Shown here: positions 17,903 through 27,074 of the stretch, piece by piece
How the letters are laid out: each line of letters begins with the position of its first letter
How positions within the stretch are numbered: the first letter of the stretch is position 1
DNA from: a virus
Lineage: Duplodnaviria > Caudoviricetes
Strand: one strand, 5' to 3'
Virus record (IMG/VR): IMGVR_UViG_3300047160_004777
Coordinates: 1-64,000 of that record
Length of the DNA stretch: 64,000 nt
Program-made: the position numbers and the translations under genes
The notes under the pieces: model-generated
Told to the model about the DNA's origin: nothing
The model's input: the letters and a program-made list of their open reading frames with translations, nothing else
Database searches by the model: none

Positions 17903-18998
17903 GCCGCAGCTTCCGAAGAATTGGCTGGTCCCGACCAAACTCGCGGACCTCATTCCGAAGTCGCATCGTTTCCGTCCGCAACACAGCCCGGCGTTCATCC
18001 CAGTTCGTAGTGACTGGGACACGCTCAAGCTTTTCGCCGAGAACCTGATGTCCTCGCGGGACATTGACCCCATCTACCCGGTGCTGCGCTCGCTGTACGA
18101 CGCTCGCGGCTACACTGCCGAGGACGCGCTGTGGTGCTCGATCCTGTACGTGACGTTCTACAACTTGCCGAGTGCGCTCGAAGCGCGGCGGCGACTCGGA
18201 CCTTCGCCCGAGCTAAGTCACGAGCGTATCGACCGAACTGAGCTAAGCGACCTGCCCACCGGGGTAGAGCGGCGCGGGATGCGCGGAGCTGGCAAGGTGG
18301 CCCAGTATCTCCACGGCCTCTACGACTGCATACACGAGCCCGTTCCGTCGTATCGGCAGGCGAACCTTACCCGTCATCTGCCGTGGTCGATATCGCCCAT
18401 CGAGCCGGTACGAAGCTGGCTTCGACGCGGCGAGTTGTCGTGGAACTTCACTCCGTGCGAGCGGGGGTATCGCGTGCGGACGAATTACCGCAACTTCCGG
18501 CGTCGATGGGACGCCGTTCCTGGTAACGGGCGATGGTCTGGGTTCAAGCTCGCGGAAATTTTGAGGGTCGTGCATCACATGCCGTATCAGGCGCCGGACA
18601 TGGACCTGGAACACTCGTCGGGACCGAAGGAAGGACTTCAGTGGCTCTACGCGACGCATCAGGAGGACGCCACGGTTCTCAATGGGCTCGCGGAGCAGTT
18701 TCGCTTCTTGATGATGCGGCCGAACTACGACTACCTCGATTGGGAGGTGCTCGAAACGATCTTGTGCAACATGAACTCTCTGGGGACCGGCCACTACTAC
18801 GTTGGCCACGACATAGACGAGTTTCAGGGCCAGATAGAACGGGCCGCGTTGCACAAGGATGACCGACGCGACCTGCTGATCGCTCGCCGCGAGGCGCTGC
18901 CGTACGCTTATCTCGGCGAGCACCACGGATGGTCGGGTGTGCAGCGCAATCGGCTTGCTGCGTGGCGCAACCGGCGGGAGGTGGTACTTCGTCCATGA
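17865..18998 (+). CDS. amino acid:DNA transferase (aGPT-Pplase2/ADDT-like, HhH glycosylase superfamily)
   Basis: DIDPIY, TGVERRGMR, GNGRWSGFKLAEIL, PDM...SSGP.EGL, ETILC...GHYYVGHDIDE. Start codon uncertain. Confidence 0.8.
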   Translation: MPALRQVPPPYRRPQLPKNWLVPTKLADLIPKSHRFRPQHSPAFIPVRSDWDTLKLFAENLMSSRDIDPIYPVLRSLYDARGYTAEDALWCSILYVTFYNLPSALEARRRLGPSPELSHERIDRTELSDLPTGVERRGMRGAGKVAQYLHGLYDCIHEPVPSYRQANLTRHLPWSISPIEPVRSWLRRGELSWNFTPCERGYRVRTNYRNFRRRWDAVPGNGRWSGFKLAEILRVVHHMPYQAPDMDLEHSSGPKEGLQWLYATHQEDATVLNGLAEQFRFLMMRPNYDYLDWEVLETILCNMNSLGTGHYYVGHDIDEFQGQIERAALHKDDRRDLLIARREALPYAYLGEHHGWSGVQRNRLAAWRNRREVVLRP

Positions 18999-19135
18999 GT
19001 GAGAGAAATCGCTTCGTCCCGGTCTGTGCGGTCTGCGGGATAGAAGGCTGGTTTTTCTGTTCGCGGGGAAGGCACTGGTGCTGTCGGCTGCACTTTCAAG
19101 CGCATAACTGTCCGGAGCCGGAACCCAAGAAATGA
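18995..19135 (+). CDS. small Cys/His-rich Zn-finger protein
   Basis: CAVC...C...CCRLH...HNC; ATGA overlaps at both ends. Confidence 0.55.
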   Translation: MSERNRFVPVCAVCGIEGWFFCSRGRHWCCRLHFQAHNCPEPEPKK

Positions 19136-19668
19136 GGATGCTGTTCTACTTGCTCGGCGTGCCGGGAGCCGGTAAGACTTCGGTTATGCGCGCAGCGCTG
19201 CAAGATGTACCAGCGTACATCGAGAGGCGGCCGTTCGCGTGGACGCGGTATCCGGGCGGCGCGCAACTCGGCGCGGAGCGAAACGGGCTGTTTTCAGGCA
19301 CGGACGTGCTGCCGCTCAACGTTCAGCCCTCCGTTCTTCGGTGGCTTGATCGCTGCCCGTTTCAAGCGATTGTTGCTGAGGGTGACCGGCTCGCTAACGG
19401 CGTGTTCTTCGATGCGGTGCGAGCGCAAGGTTGGAAGCTTACGGTGGCCTTGATTGAGATTGGGCCGGCGCTCGCGGCCACGCGACGGGAAGTGCGTCGT
19501 GCCTATCAGAGCCAATCCTGGTTACGCGGTCGCGACACCAAAGTGCGGCGCTTAGCGTCCGCGTATGCTGATCCCGACTGGATTATGAGCGGACGCGATT
19601 CCATCGACGCGCTTGGTTCGCGGTTGCGTGTACACCCTGCTTTCCGGGCTCTCGCGCATGCCGGCTAG
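19132..19668 (+). CDS. P-loop nucleotide kinase of the type found in phage base-modification clusters
   Basis: YLLGVPGAGKTS, G.F.GTD.L...VQP, EGDRLANGVFF. Confidence 0.8.
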   Translation: MRMLFYLLGVPGAGKTSVMRAALQDVPAYIERRPFAWTRYPGGAQLGAERNGLFSGTDVLPLNVQPSVLRWLDRCPFQAIVAEGDRLANGVFFDAVRAQGWKLTVALIEIGPALAATRREVRRAYQSQSWLRGRDTKVRRLASAYADPDWIMSGRDSIDALGSRLRVHPAFRALAHAG

Positions 19669-20377
19669 ACTGCGCTCGCCGGGTCAGGTTCAGGCCGACC
19701 GCGCCAAGATTTCCAATATGTACCTGCGCGGCTTCTCGCTGATGACCATCGCCAACGAGATGGGCGTGTCGAGAGAAAACGTGGCGTACGAGATGGGCAA
19801 GATTCGGAAAGAGTGGCGGGCGTCGGCCGTGTTCGACTTCGCTTTGGCCCGTCAGCAAGAGTTAGCCCGCATCGACCTTATCGAACAGGAAGCCTGGAGA
19901 GCCTGGGAGAACTCGAAGGCGCCTATCGAGGCCACGAGCACGCGTCAGCGGCGGCGCGACCTCAAGTTCCCGATGGCCGTTCCGCGACCCGGCGAGGAAG
20001 CCGAGTTACCCGTGGACTCGGTATCCGAGGCGAACAAGCGCTCGACCATGCGCGACCCGAACGCAGGCTTTTTGGACCGGATCGCATGGTGTGTCGAGAT
20101 GCGCTGCAAGATTCTCGGGCTCGTCGCACCGCAAGAACTGCGGCACACTGGCACGATCCAGCAAATCCACGAAATCTTCTACGAACCCGCCGCGCTCCCG
20201 GATAACGGCCAGGCGAATCGGCTCGTCATCCTCGGCGGCGCTCCGGCCTCGCTCCCCGCCCCGACCGCGCCCCCCGCCGCCCCGGAAGAGCGTCCGGACG
20301 AAGCTACGCCCACCGCGAACGGGCGAGTCTACGCGGAGGATGACGAAGAGCTAGACGACGACGACGAGGCTGAGTGA
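19658..20377 (+). CDS. terS: terminase small subunit
   Basis: N-terminal HTH (YLRGFSLMTIANEMGVSRENV), ELARID..E.EAW.AW, RCKILGL; immediately upstream of terL. Confidence 0.8.
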   Translation: MPARLRSPGQVQADRAKISNMYLRGFSLMTIANEMGVSRENVAYEMGKIRKEWRASAVFDFALARQQELARIDLIEQEAWRAWENSKAPIEATSTRQRRRDLKFPMAVPRPGEEAELPVDSVSEANKRSTMRDPNAGFLDRIAWCVEMRCKILGLVAPQELRHTGTIQQIHEIFYEPAALPDNGQANRLVILGGAPASLPAPTAPPAAPEERPDEATPTANGRVYAEDDEELDDDDEAE

Positions 20378-22863
20378 GCGTGCCGCGCGCAGCTGTCGCG
20401 GCTACACCCTCGCTCGCGCCCCGCGTTATCGCGAAGCGTCCCAAGTCCCCGACCTCGCCGTGGTGGATCGAGGATATCGGCCAAGGGCGCGGAAGAATCT
20501 GCACGAGTCTGCATCCCGGTCAGATGGCCGTGATGAAGTCCGCCAGTCGATTCACCGCCATGATAGCCGGGACCCAAGGAGGTAAAAGGCTCGACATAAA
20601 TACACCAATCCCGACACCGACCGGCTTCAAGCCGATGGGAAGTCTGGAGATTGACGACCTCGTCATCGGGTCGGACGGGTTGCCCACGAAGGTGACGTAC
20701 GTGTCGCCTATCGAATGGAGCGGGATTACCTACCGCCTGCGATTCGATGACGGAACTTCTGTATTAGCCGACGCCGAACATCTCTGGGTAACGCAAACTC
20801 GCGCTGAGCGGAAGAACGAGGCGCGGTTCGTAGTCGAGCGTAAACATCCGAAGCGGGGTGGCCACAATCGACAGCAATCTAGCGGCGTCAGGACGACCCA
20901 GGAGATTGCCGATACATTAGCCCGCTACGGTGCGGCGAATCATAGTCTGGCGATCTCAATCGGGCCGGATTTGGCGGAAACCGATTTGCCGATCCCGCCG
21001 TATACGTTGGGCGTTTGGCTGGGCGACGGCACGTCGAGTTCCGCCACCATTACTACCGCCGACCCGGAAGTGCTGGAAGCCATAGCTGCCGAAGGTATAG
21101 CCATAGGCGTTGCCAAAGAAGTCAATGCCGGCGTCGCGCGAGGTTACCGGCTGGGCGGAAAAGCCGGCCGAGCACGGAATGCGTTCGGCCAATGGGCTGG
21201 CGGCGAGACGTTGAACGCCAAACTTCGCGCGGGCGGACTACTTGGGAACAAGCATATTCCGATTGAGTATCTGTTCGGCTCGCGAGCGCAGCGATTAGCT
21301 CTAGTCCAGGGCCTTATGGATACTGACGGCTATGTCGGTCCGAGAGGGCAAGGAGCAAGGTGCGAGTACGTCACAACAAGCTTTCGGCTAGCGGGCGACG
21401 TAGCCACGTTGCTTCGTTCGCTAGGAATCAAGGTGCGCGTGGCCGAAAAGCAGCCATACCTCCACGGAAAACCTACGCGCCTCGCTTATCGTCTCGCATT
21501 TACAACCTCGGCGCCAGTCTTTCGTTTGCCGCGCAAAGCGGCCAAGATACGCGAACGCCAGCGATCAGACACGCGTCGGCGCTTCGTTGTGGCTTGCGAT
21601 CCGGCCCCCAGTGTGCCGATGCGTTGTATTACCGTGGGCGCGTCCGACGGGCAGTACCTTTGTACTACCGCCTACATCACGACCCATAACACCAGCCTCG
21701 GACCCATGTGGTTGGAACGCGAGATACGCAATCGCGGCGCCGGCGATTACCTCGCGGTCACGGCGACGTTCCCGCTGCTCAAGCAAAAGATGCTTCCTGA
21801 GTTCATTCACTACTTCAGGGATGCGCTCCAGCTCGGCTACTACGCTCGTGGCGAGCGCACGTTCTACTTTCACGACAATGAGACGCGCGTGATGTTCGGC
21901 TCGGCGGCACATCCCGAGTCTTTGGAATCGGCGACCGCGAAAGCTGCGTGGCTAGACGAGGCCGGCCAGTACCAGTTCCGCCTGGAATCGTGGGAAGCCG
22001 TCCAGCGCCGCGTTTCTCTCTTCCAAGGCCGCGTCCTCATTACGACCACGCCGTACAACCGAGGTTGGCTCAAGACCGAGATTTACGACCGTGCCGCTGA
22101 TGGCGATTCGACCTTCCAGGTGGTGCAGTTCGCTTCGACGCTCAACCCATCTTTCCCGGCCGAAGAGATGGAGCGCGTCAAGCGCTCGGGTACGCAGCTG
22201 TGGAAGATAAGGATGTTTTATGAGGGGCTGTTCGATCAGCCGCCCGGCCTTATATTTCAGTCATACATTGATACATACCGCGAGTCTGGCGGACATCTTG
22301 TACGGCCGTTTCCGATCCCACCGTGGTGGCCGCGCTACGTCGGTGTTGACTTCGGTGGCACGAACACCGCCAAGGTCTACCTGGCGCACGACCCGGCGGC
22401 GGCGGTTTACTACCTGTACATGGAGGACTTGAGCGGGCATAAGACCGCTGCCCAGCACGCGCACGAGGTCCTCAACCATATCGGCGAGGGCATCCTCGCG
22501 GGTATTTGGGGCGGCGCGAAGTCCGAGAGCGCGTGGCGGCTAGAGTGGGCGGCGGCGGGCGTCCCGATGCAAGAGCCGGACGTGTACGACGTTGAGATTG
22601 GCCTCGACCGCGCCGTCGGTTTGTTCAGTTCTAACCGTCTATTCGTGTTTGAGACGTGTCGCGGTATCCGTGATGAGCTAGGCACGTATTCTCGACAAGT
22701 CGCGCCGGACGGCACGGTATTACCCACGATTCAGGACAAGAACACCTATCACCGCATTGACGCGTTGCGAGCCTTGTCGCTCGGCATCGGCGGACCCCCA
22801 ATGCCACAACCGTTGCTAGCGTTTGGCGCGGCTAAAGGTTGGCAGCCCAGGATGCTCCGCTAG
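20374..22863 (+). CDS. terL: terminase large subunit containing an intein
   Basis: Walker A GTQGGK|T split by the intein; Walker B AWLDEAG; ITTTP; nuclease GVDFGG and HRIDALR. Confidence 0.95.
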   Translation: MSVPRAAVAATPSLAPRVIAKRPKSPTSPWWIEDIGQGRGRICTSLHPGQMAVMKSASRFTAMIAGTQGGKRLDINTPIPTPTGFKPMGSLEIDDLVIGSDGLPTKVTYVSPIEWSGITYRLRFDDGTSVLADAEHLWVTQTRAERKNEARFVVERKHPKRGGHNRQQSSGVRTTQEIADTLARYGAANHSLAISIGPDLAETDLPIPPYTLGVWLGDGTSSSATITTADPEVLEAIAAEGIAIGVAKEVNAGVARGYRLGGKAGRARNAFGQWAGGETLNAKLRAGGLLGNKHIPIEYLFGSRAQRLALVQGLMDTDGYVGPRGQGARCEYVTTSFRLAGDVATLLRSLGIKVRVAEKQPYLHGKPTRLAYRLAFTTSAPVFRLPRKAAKIRERQRSDTRRRFVVACDPAPSVPMRCITVGASDGQYLCTTAYITTHNTSLGPMWLEREIRNRGAGDYLAVTATFPLLKQKMLPEFIHYFRDALQLGYYARGERTFYFHDNETRVMFGSAAHPESLESATAKAAWLDEAGQYQFRLESWEAVQRRVSLFQGRVLITTTPYNRGWLKTEIYDRAADGDSTFQVVQFASTLNPSFPAEEMERVKRSGTQLWKIRMFYEGLFDQPPGLIFQSYIDTYRESGGHLVRPFPIPPWWPRYVGVDFGGTNTAKVYLAHDPAAAVYYLYMEDLSGHKTAAQHAHEVLNHIGEGILAGIWGGAKSESAWRLEWAAAGVPMQEPDVYDVEIGLDRAVGLFSSNRLFVFETCRGIRDELGTYSRQVAPDGTVLPTIQDKNTYHRIDALRALSLGIGGPPMPQPLLAFGAAKGWQPRMLR
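20587..21690 (+). mobile_element. class-3-type intein (368 aa) with LAGLIDADG homing endonuclease
   Basis: Starts RLDINTPIPTPTG, block B DAEHLW, block F PMRCITV, ends YITTHN before Thr; LGVWLGDG and QGLMDTDG motifs. Confidence 0.9.
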
Positions 22864-23062
22864 CGTACCAATGTGTGTATGCTGGCCTCGGGCCTGATGG
22901 CGGGTGAGCCTCCAACTCCCCTTAGCTCGTCTTCAGGCGGCTGCTGAGTTAGGGCCTAACCCGGTAGTCACGGTGAAGCGGTGCGGAGGCGTGCGGGGCC
23001 GAAGTGCCGCCAACCGTCCATACCGGCATCACGCTAGAGCAGCCATTACAATGCTGCTCTAA

Positions 23063-24994
23063 GTGCCGCTCCTGACCGATCTGCGCGAGACACTTAGGCT
23101 CCCATCGGCCGAGCCTCGCCAGCCGATGGCGCCATACAACCCGTTTTCGCCGTATCCGGGCGGGTCGATCTTCCCGCCGATGCCCGGCTCGCCCCCGCCG
23201 AGTCCGCCGATCCCGCCGCCAGGTTGGATGGGCGTGACTGCGCCGCAACCGGACAAGAACCTCAAGGGCGGTCGTCTCACGTGGGACGACATGAACTACT
23301 TCGGCGCGGGGATGCCGGTCATCCTTCCGCCGGACAGCATTTCCGAATCTTGGCGCAAGCTCGATCTCGACTCCGACCACATCCGCTTCATGAGTGTTCC
23401 GCAGCTCCTGCGCGTGCTCGCGGAGTCGAGCCCGGACGTGTCTCGCGCGCTTTGGGACTTCCTAAGGTTGACCAATCCGGGCTGGAGTGCGACGGCCTAC
23501 ATTCCGGGCACGCAGACGCCGATGCCGGCAGGGCAGAAGGTGGTCGATGACTATCTGCGTCGGTTGACCAAGCTGTACGGCTCGGTGGATGTGCCTATCG
23601 GCCGGATGCACTTCGCCGCGTTCTTGCGGGGAGCCCTGTTCACGGAACTCGTTCTCGATGAGGACGCTCGCACGGCGATAGACCTCGCGGTGCCCGATCC
23701 GCTGTATGCGCGCTTCAAGCAAGGGTGGGACCCGGTGCGGGGTCGAGTCTGGCTGCTCGGGCAGTTTCAGCTAGGGCAATGGGTCGATCTGTCCACGCGG
23801 GAAACCGTAGGCTACATCCCCATCGACCCCGCGCCGGCGAACCCGTACGGTCGGGCGCCGGCGACGCCCGCCATCTTTTCGTCGTTGTTCCTGCTTGGGC
23901 TACTGATGGACTTGCGTCGCGTCGTTGCCCAGCAGGGCTATCCGCGCTACTGGCTGTCGATTGCGCTCGAACCGTTGAGGAAAACCACGCCGCCCTCAAT
24001 TCAGCAAGACCCGCTCGCTTGGAAAGAGTGGGTAGACACGACCATCGGCGAGGTGCAGAAAGCCTACAGCGCGCTTCAGCCAGACGACGCGTTCGTGACG
24101 ACGGACGTGGTTACGGTGAACGCGCCCAAAGGTGCTATCTCGGCGGACGCTATTGCTGGCATCGACCCACTCATCCGTGCCCTCGAACGGCAGCTTGCTC
24201 GCGCTCTCAAGACGATGCCGCTGCTTATGGGTGTGATCGAGGGTCAATCCGAGGCTAACGCGAACCGCCAGTGGGAACTGCAAGCCGCTGGTATCAAAGC
24301 GATCCAGCATTTGTCCGAATCGCAACTTTCCGAGTGGTGCACGCTCGCGTGCGAGGCGCAGGGTATTGCCGCCGAGGTACGGTGGCAATTTGCCGAACTA
24401 CGTGCGGCCGAGAAGTACCGCGACGCGATGACGGACGGTTTGCGTATCGACAACGCGACGAAACTCTGGATGATGGGGTTGATCAATCAAGAGACGTTCG
24501 CCGACATGACTACGGGTAAGCCGGCCGATCAACCTGAACCGCGTCTACTGCCAACGACCGAGGCCCCATACATCTCCAGCACGACGACCGGCTCGCCAAC
24601 GGCGTCCGGCGAGCCATCCAATCCCGGCTCGCCTGGTCGCCCGTCGCCTCGTCCGACCAAAGAAGAAGGCGAGACGGGCGGTGAGGCCGGCGAGACGGGG
24701 TCGAGCTTGAGCCGTATTCCGACTGGTCTCCGTTGGCCAGAGTTCCGATTCTGGCGCAACGGCAAGGCTGAGAAGAACGGCCATAGCCAGGGCGACTATC
24801 CGCTACGTGTGCCCGGTATGCCATTGGCGTACATTCCCGTCGAGGTCACGTACGATGAAGGTGAGCGGCGGCGGATCACGCGGTTGTGGGACGAGAGTGT
24901 CCCGGAAGCAGCAGGACTACTCGACGCCCACGCACCCGCGCCTCCGTCGCCGCCCGAGGAATCCTGGACGCCTGCTCTGAAACAGGTAACGTAA
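23063..24994 (+). CDS. portal protein
   Basis: Follows terL; 643 aa; HhPID..P..PYG.......A and LA.ALKT.P.LMG patterns; Pro-rich termini. Confidence 0.8.
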   Translation: MPLLTDLRETLRLPSAEPRQPMAPYNPFSPYPGGSIFPPMPGSPPPSPPIPPPGWMGVTAPQPDKNLKGGRLTWDDMNYFGAGMPVILPPDSISESWRKLDLDSDHIRFMSVPQLLRVLAESSPDVSRALWDFLRLTNPGWSATAYIPGTQTPMPAGQKVVDDYLRRLTKLYGSVDVPIGRMHFAAFLRGALFTELVLDEDARTAIDLAVPDPLYARFKQGWDPVRGRVWLLGQFQLGQWVDLSTRETVGYIPIDPAPANPYGRAPATPAIFSSLFLLGLLMDLRRVVAQQGYPRYWLSIALEPLRKTTPPSIQQDPLAWKEWVDTTIGEVQKAYSALQPDDAFVTTDVVTVNAPKGAISADAIAGIDPLIRALERQLARALKTMPLLMGVIEGQSEANANRQWELQAAGIKAIQHLSESQLSEWCTLACEAQGIAAEVRWQFAELRAAEKYRDAMTDGLRIDNATKLWMMGLINQETFADMTTGKPADQPEPRLLPTTEAPYISSTTTGSPTASGEPSNPGSPGRPSPRPTKEEGETGGEAGETGSSLSRIPTGLRWPEFRFWRNGKAEKNGHSQGDYPLRVPGMPLAYIPVEVTYDEGERRRITRLWDESVPEAAGLLDAHAPAPPSPPEESWTPALKQVT

Positions 24995-25072
24995 AGCCAG
25001 TCCCAATCCAATGGGGTAGCAGTCCCGGTGGCGCAATTCAATGCAGGCCGGCCTTTCTACTAGGAGATTGGG

Positions 25073-25174
25073 ATGCTCGCGACGGGTCTACTCTTTCCAG
25101 TTCCAGATCACGCGAACGTACGTCGGCCATTTGCGTCCAAACTGCTGCTCAGAACAGTTAGGAGCACCAACTAA
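25073..25174 (+). CDS. possible 33-aa sORF coupled (TAATG) to the 25174 gene
   Basis: AGGAG upstream of ATG 25073; its stop overlaps the next start. Confidence 0.3.
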   Translation: MLATGLLFPVPDHANVRRPFASKLLLRTVRSTN

Positions 25175-25821
25175 TGCCGGCCACAGTACAGGCGCAATAC
25201 TTCGGCGCCAGTGCGACGCTGCCCGCCGGGGCCAACGCCGAAGGTGGCGCGACGTTCAACCGCGAGGACACGCTGACCGGCACGACACCCGTACCGATCC
25301 CTGTTGCGGCGGGCGTGAACTTTTCGTGGATCAAGCAATTTCAACTTGCGATCACCGCGACGAGCACGACCACGATGAGCAATCGCACTGTGCGTATCTC
25401 GGCCGGGTTCGCGACCGGGTTGGGAATGCATTGGAAAGCTGTCGCTCAAGCGAGCTACATAAATCAGACCTCGGCCTCCGGAGCACCGGCAGACACCACG
25501 GGTACGAATAACGCCGCCACCGCGCCCTCGACGTACACGGCGTTCACAACCTCTGCCGTGCAATACGACAACACGAGTCAGGCGACTTCGAGCACGGGCA
25601 TTGGTACGACGCAGCTTCTAGTGGTCTTGCTTGCCGTGGACGCCACGTACGCGGGTGGTCCGGGGTCGGCTAGCTTGGGAAACATCGTGCTGGGCTACGA
25701 CGAAGCCCACCACCGCGACAAATTGGAACGGGACGCTGTAGCTTGGGGACGCGATCCGATTGGTACTTCGGCCCGGCCTGATCGGTGTTGCCGACGACGA
25801 GGACGCCGCGATAGTTGGTGA
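25174..25821 (+). CDS. putative virion structural protein (Thr/Ala-rich beta) with a 37-aa C-terminal extension
   Basis: AGGAG RBS; beta-rich body up to GYDEA, then a basic tail carrying the RDAV..DPIGTS motif. Confidence 0.75.
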   Translation: MPATVQAQYFGASATLPAGANAEGGATFNREDTLTGTTPVPIPVAAGVNFSWIKQFQLAITATSTTTMSNRTVRISAGFATGLGMHWKAVAQASYINQTSASGAPADTTGTNNAATAPSTYTAFTTSAVQYDNTSQATSSTGIGTTQLLVVLLAVDATYAGGPGSASLGNIVLGYDEAHHRDKLERDAVAWGRDPIGTSARPDRCCRRRGRRDSW

Positions 25822-25867
25822 TTGAGGCGAATGCGCGCGAGGCGTATGGTACGCAAGGAGCGATTCG

Positions 25868-26224
25868 ATGACTGATACACCCATCGGTCGGCCGACTGGC
25901 GGAAAGCCGATCAACCTTGCTCAGCTCCAGAGCGAACTGGCCACGGCAGGTATTACGGTCACGGGATTAGCCTTGGAAGGCGACTACATCGAGGAGTACG
26001 ACGACACGGGTCAGCTCACCGACTTCCCTGCTGCTCAACAGGCGACGGTAGATCAGGTCATCGCAGCACATGTCGCTATGCGGGACAAGAGTCTCGAAGA
26101 GTTGTCAACTGAGTTCAACGCCAACCCGACGGACATCGCTCGTCGGCAGGTGCTTATGGCTGAGTACGTCGGCCTGACGCCGATAGAGCAGGTGCCGATG
26201 ACTGCGGCAGATATGGCGACCTGA
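25868..26224 (+). CDS. hypothetical (probably virion-associated) protein
   Basis: AAGGAG RBS; INLAQL..EL...Q.TVDQVIAAH pattern. Confidence 0.65.
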   Translation: MTDTPIGRPTGGKPINLAQLQSELATAGITVTGLALEGDYIEEYDDTGQLTDFPAAQQATVDQVIAAHVAMRDKSLEELSTEFNANPTDIARRQVLMAEYVGLTPIEQVPMTAADMAT

Positions 26225-26511
26225 TGCCTACCATTCCTACGGCAACACCCATCTCGCTCCAGGCGCAACTCGCGAGTGGCGTCTGGCCGGCGCCGCCAGC
26301 TTGGACTACGAGCGATCCGGACACCTCGACCATCTCTTTGGTGGATGGGTCCGGTCAGTTTCTCGCTACGGTGACCACGACGGCCGCGACCGTGGCGGGT
26401 ACGCCGTTACATATTTCGATTGAGGCTGGCGCAATGCAGGGCAGCATCGACCTCGACGTGCAAGACGGAGCGGTCGCACCAGGCTCAGCATTGGTCGTGC
26501 CGGTCGCGTGA
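26224..26511 (+). CDS. small Ig-like structural protein
   Basis: PAWTTSDP....SLVD.SG...TVT...G......G...GSIDLDV beta pattern. Confidence 0.55.
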   Translation: MPTIPTATPISLQAQLASGVWPAPPAWTTSDPDTSTISLVDGSGQFLATVTTTAATVAGTPLHISIEAGAMQGSIDLDVQDGAVAPGSALVVPVA

Positions 26512-26906
26512 TCCAAGAACGGCCAGAGGTCCTCACTGTCCAGACGTGCCCGCAGTGTCAGGACATCTTCACCTGGCTGGCGGTCTACAAGGACGGTAGC
26601 GCGCTCTCGGAATGCTCGGGGAACGGGATACACGCCGCGTTCGCGCATATTGAGCAGGACCGGCTAGCGTCCATGATTCTGATTCCCTTGCGCGATGGCT
26701 ACCCACAGGTCGCCGTGGCGATGACAGACGAAACGATGCGACCCATCTTCTTTCGGCGGCGGCTGATCGAACTCAATATGGGCGGTGGCGACGGCGGACA
26801 CAACACGATCCACTGTTTGGGATGGCGCAAGCCAGGAATCGAGAGTTTCACCTTCATCTTTGAGGATGGCAGCATCGTGATCTCGGACGACAGGAACGCG
26901 GTCTGA
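26508..26906 (+). CDS. hypothetical protein
   Basis: RPIFFRRR...HCLGW...FIFEDGSIVIS pattern; GTGA overlap. Confidence 0.6.
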   Translation: MIQERPEVLTVQTCPQCQDIFTWLAVYKDGSALSECSGNGIHAAFAHIEQDRLASMILIPLRDGYPQVAVAMTDETMRPIFFRRRLIELNMGGGDGGHNTIHCLGWRKPGIESFTFIFEDGSIVISDDRNAV

Positions 26907-26924
26907 GGGAAGGAGGGTAGAGGT

Positions 26925-27044
26925 ATCCCTTTCGGTAGTGAATGCGAGTTCGCCGATTTTGATGCGTGCGTGCGTCACCACAAGGACAAGGACGATCCGG
27001 ATGCCTACTGCGCCGAGATCATGCGGAGCACAGAAGAGCATTGA
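26925..27044 (+). CDS. 39-aa protein with an apparent non-canonical ATC start ([M]PFGSECEFADFDACVRHHKDKDDPDAYCAEIM...)
   Basis: AGGAGG at 26911-26916, 8 nt before ATC; in-frame stop at 26904 and no ATG/GTG in between; missing from the ORF track. Confidence 0.45.
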   Translation: MPFGSECEFADFDACVRHHKDKDDPDAYCAEIMRSTEEH

Positions 27045-27074
27045 AAGGGACGTAGCAACGGTCTGTTGCTGAGC

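Noticed and set aside
22886-22960. CTGATGG as a hammerhead ribozyme core
   Set aside because: Does not match CUGANGA and no correctly placed GAAA or stems were found.
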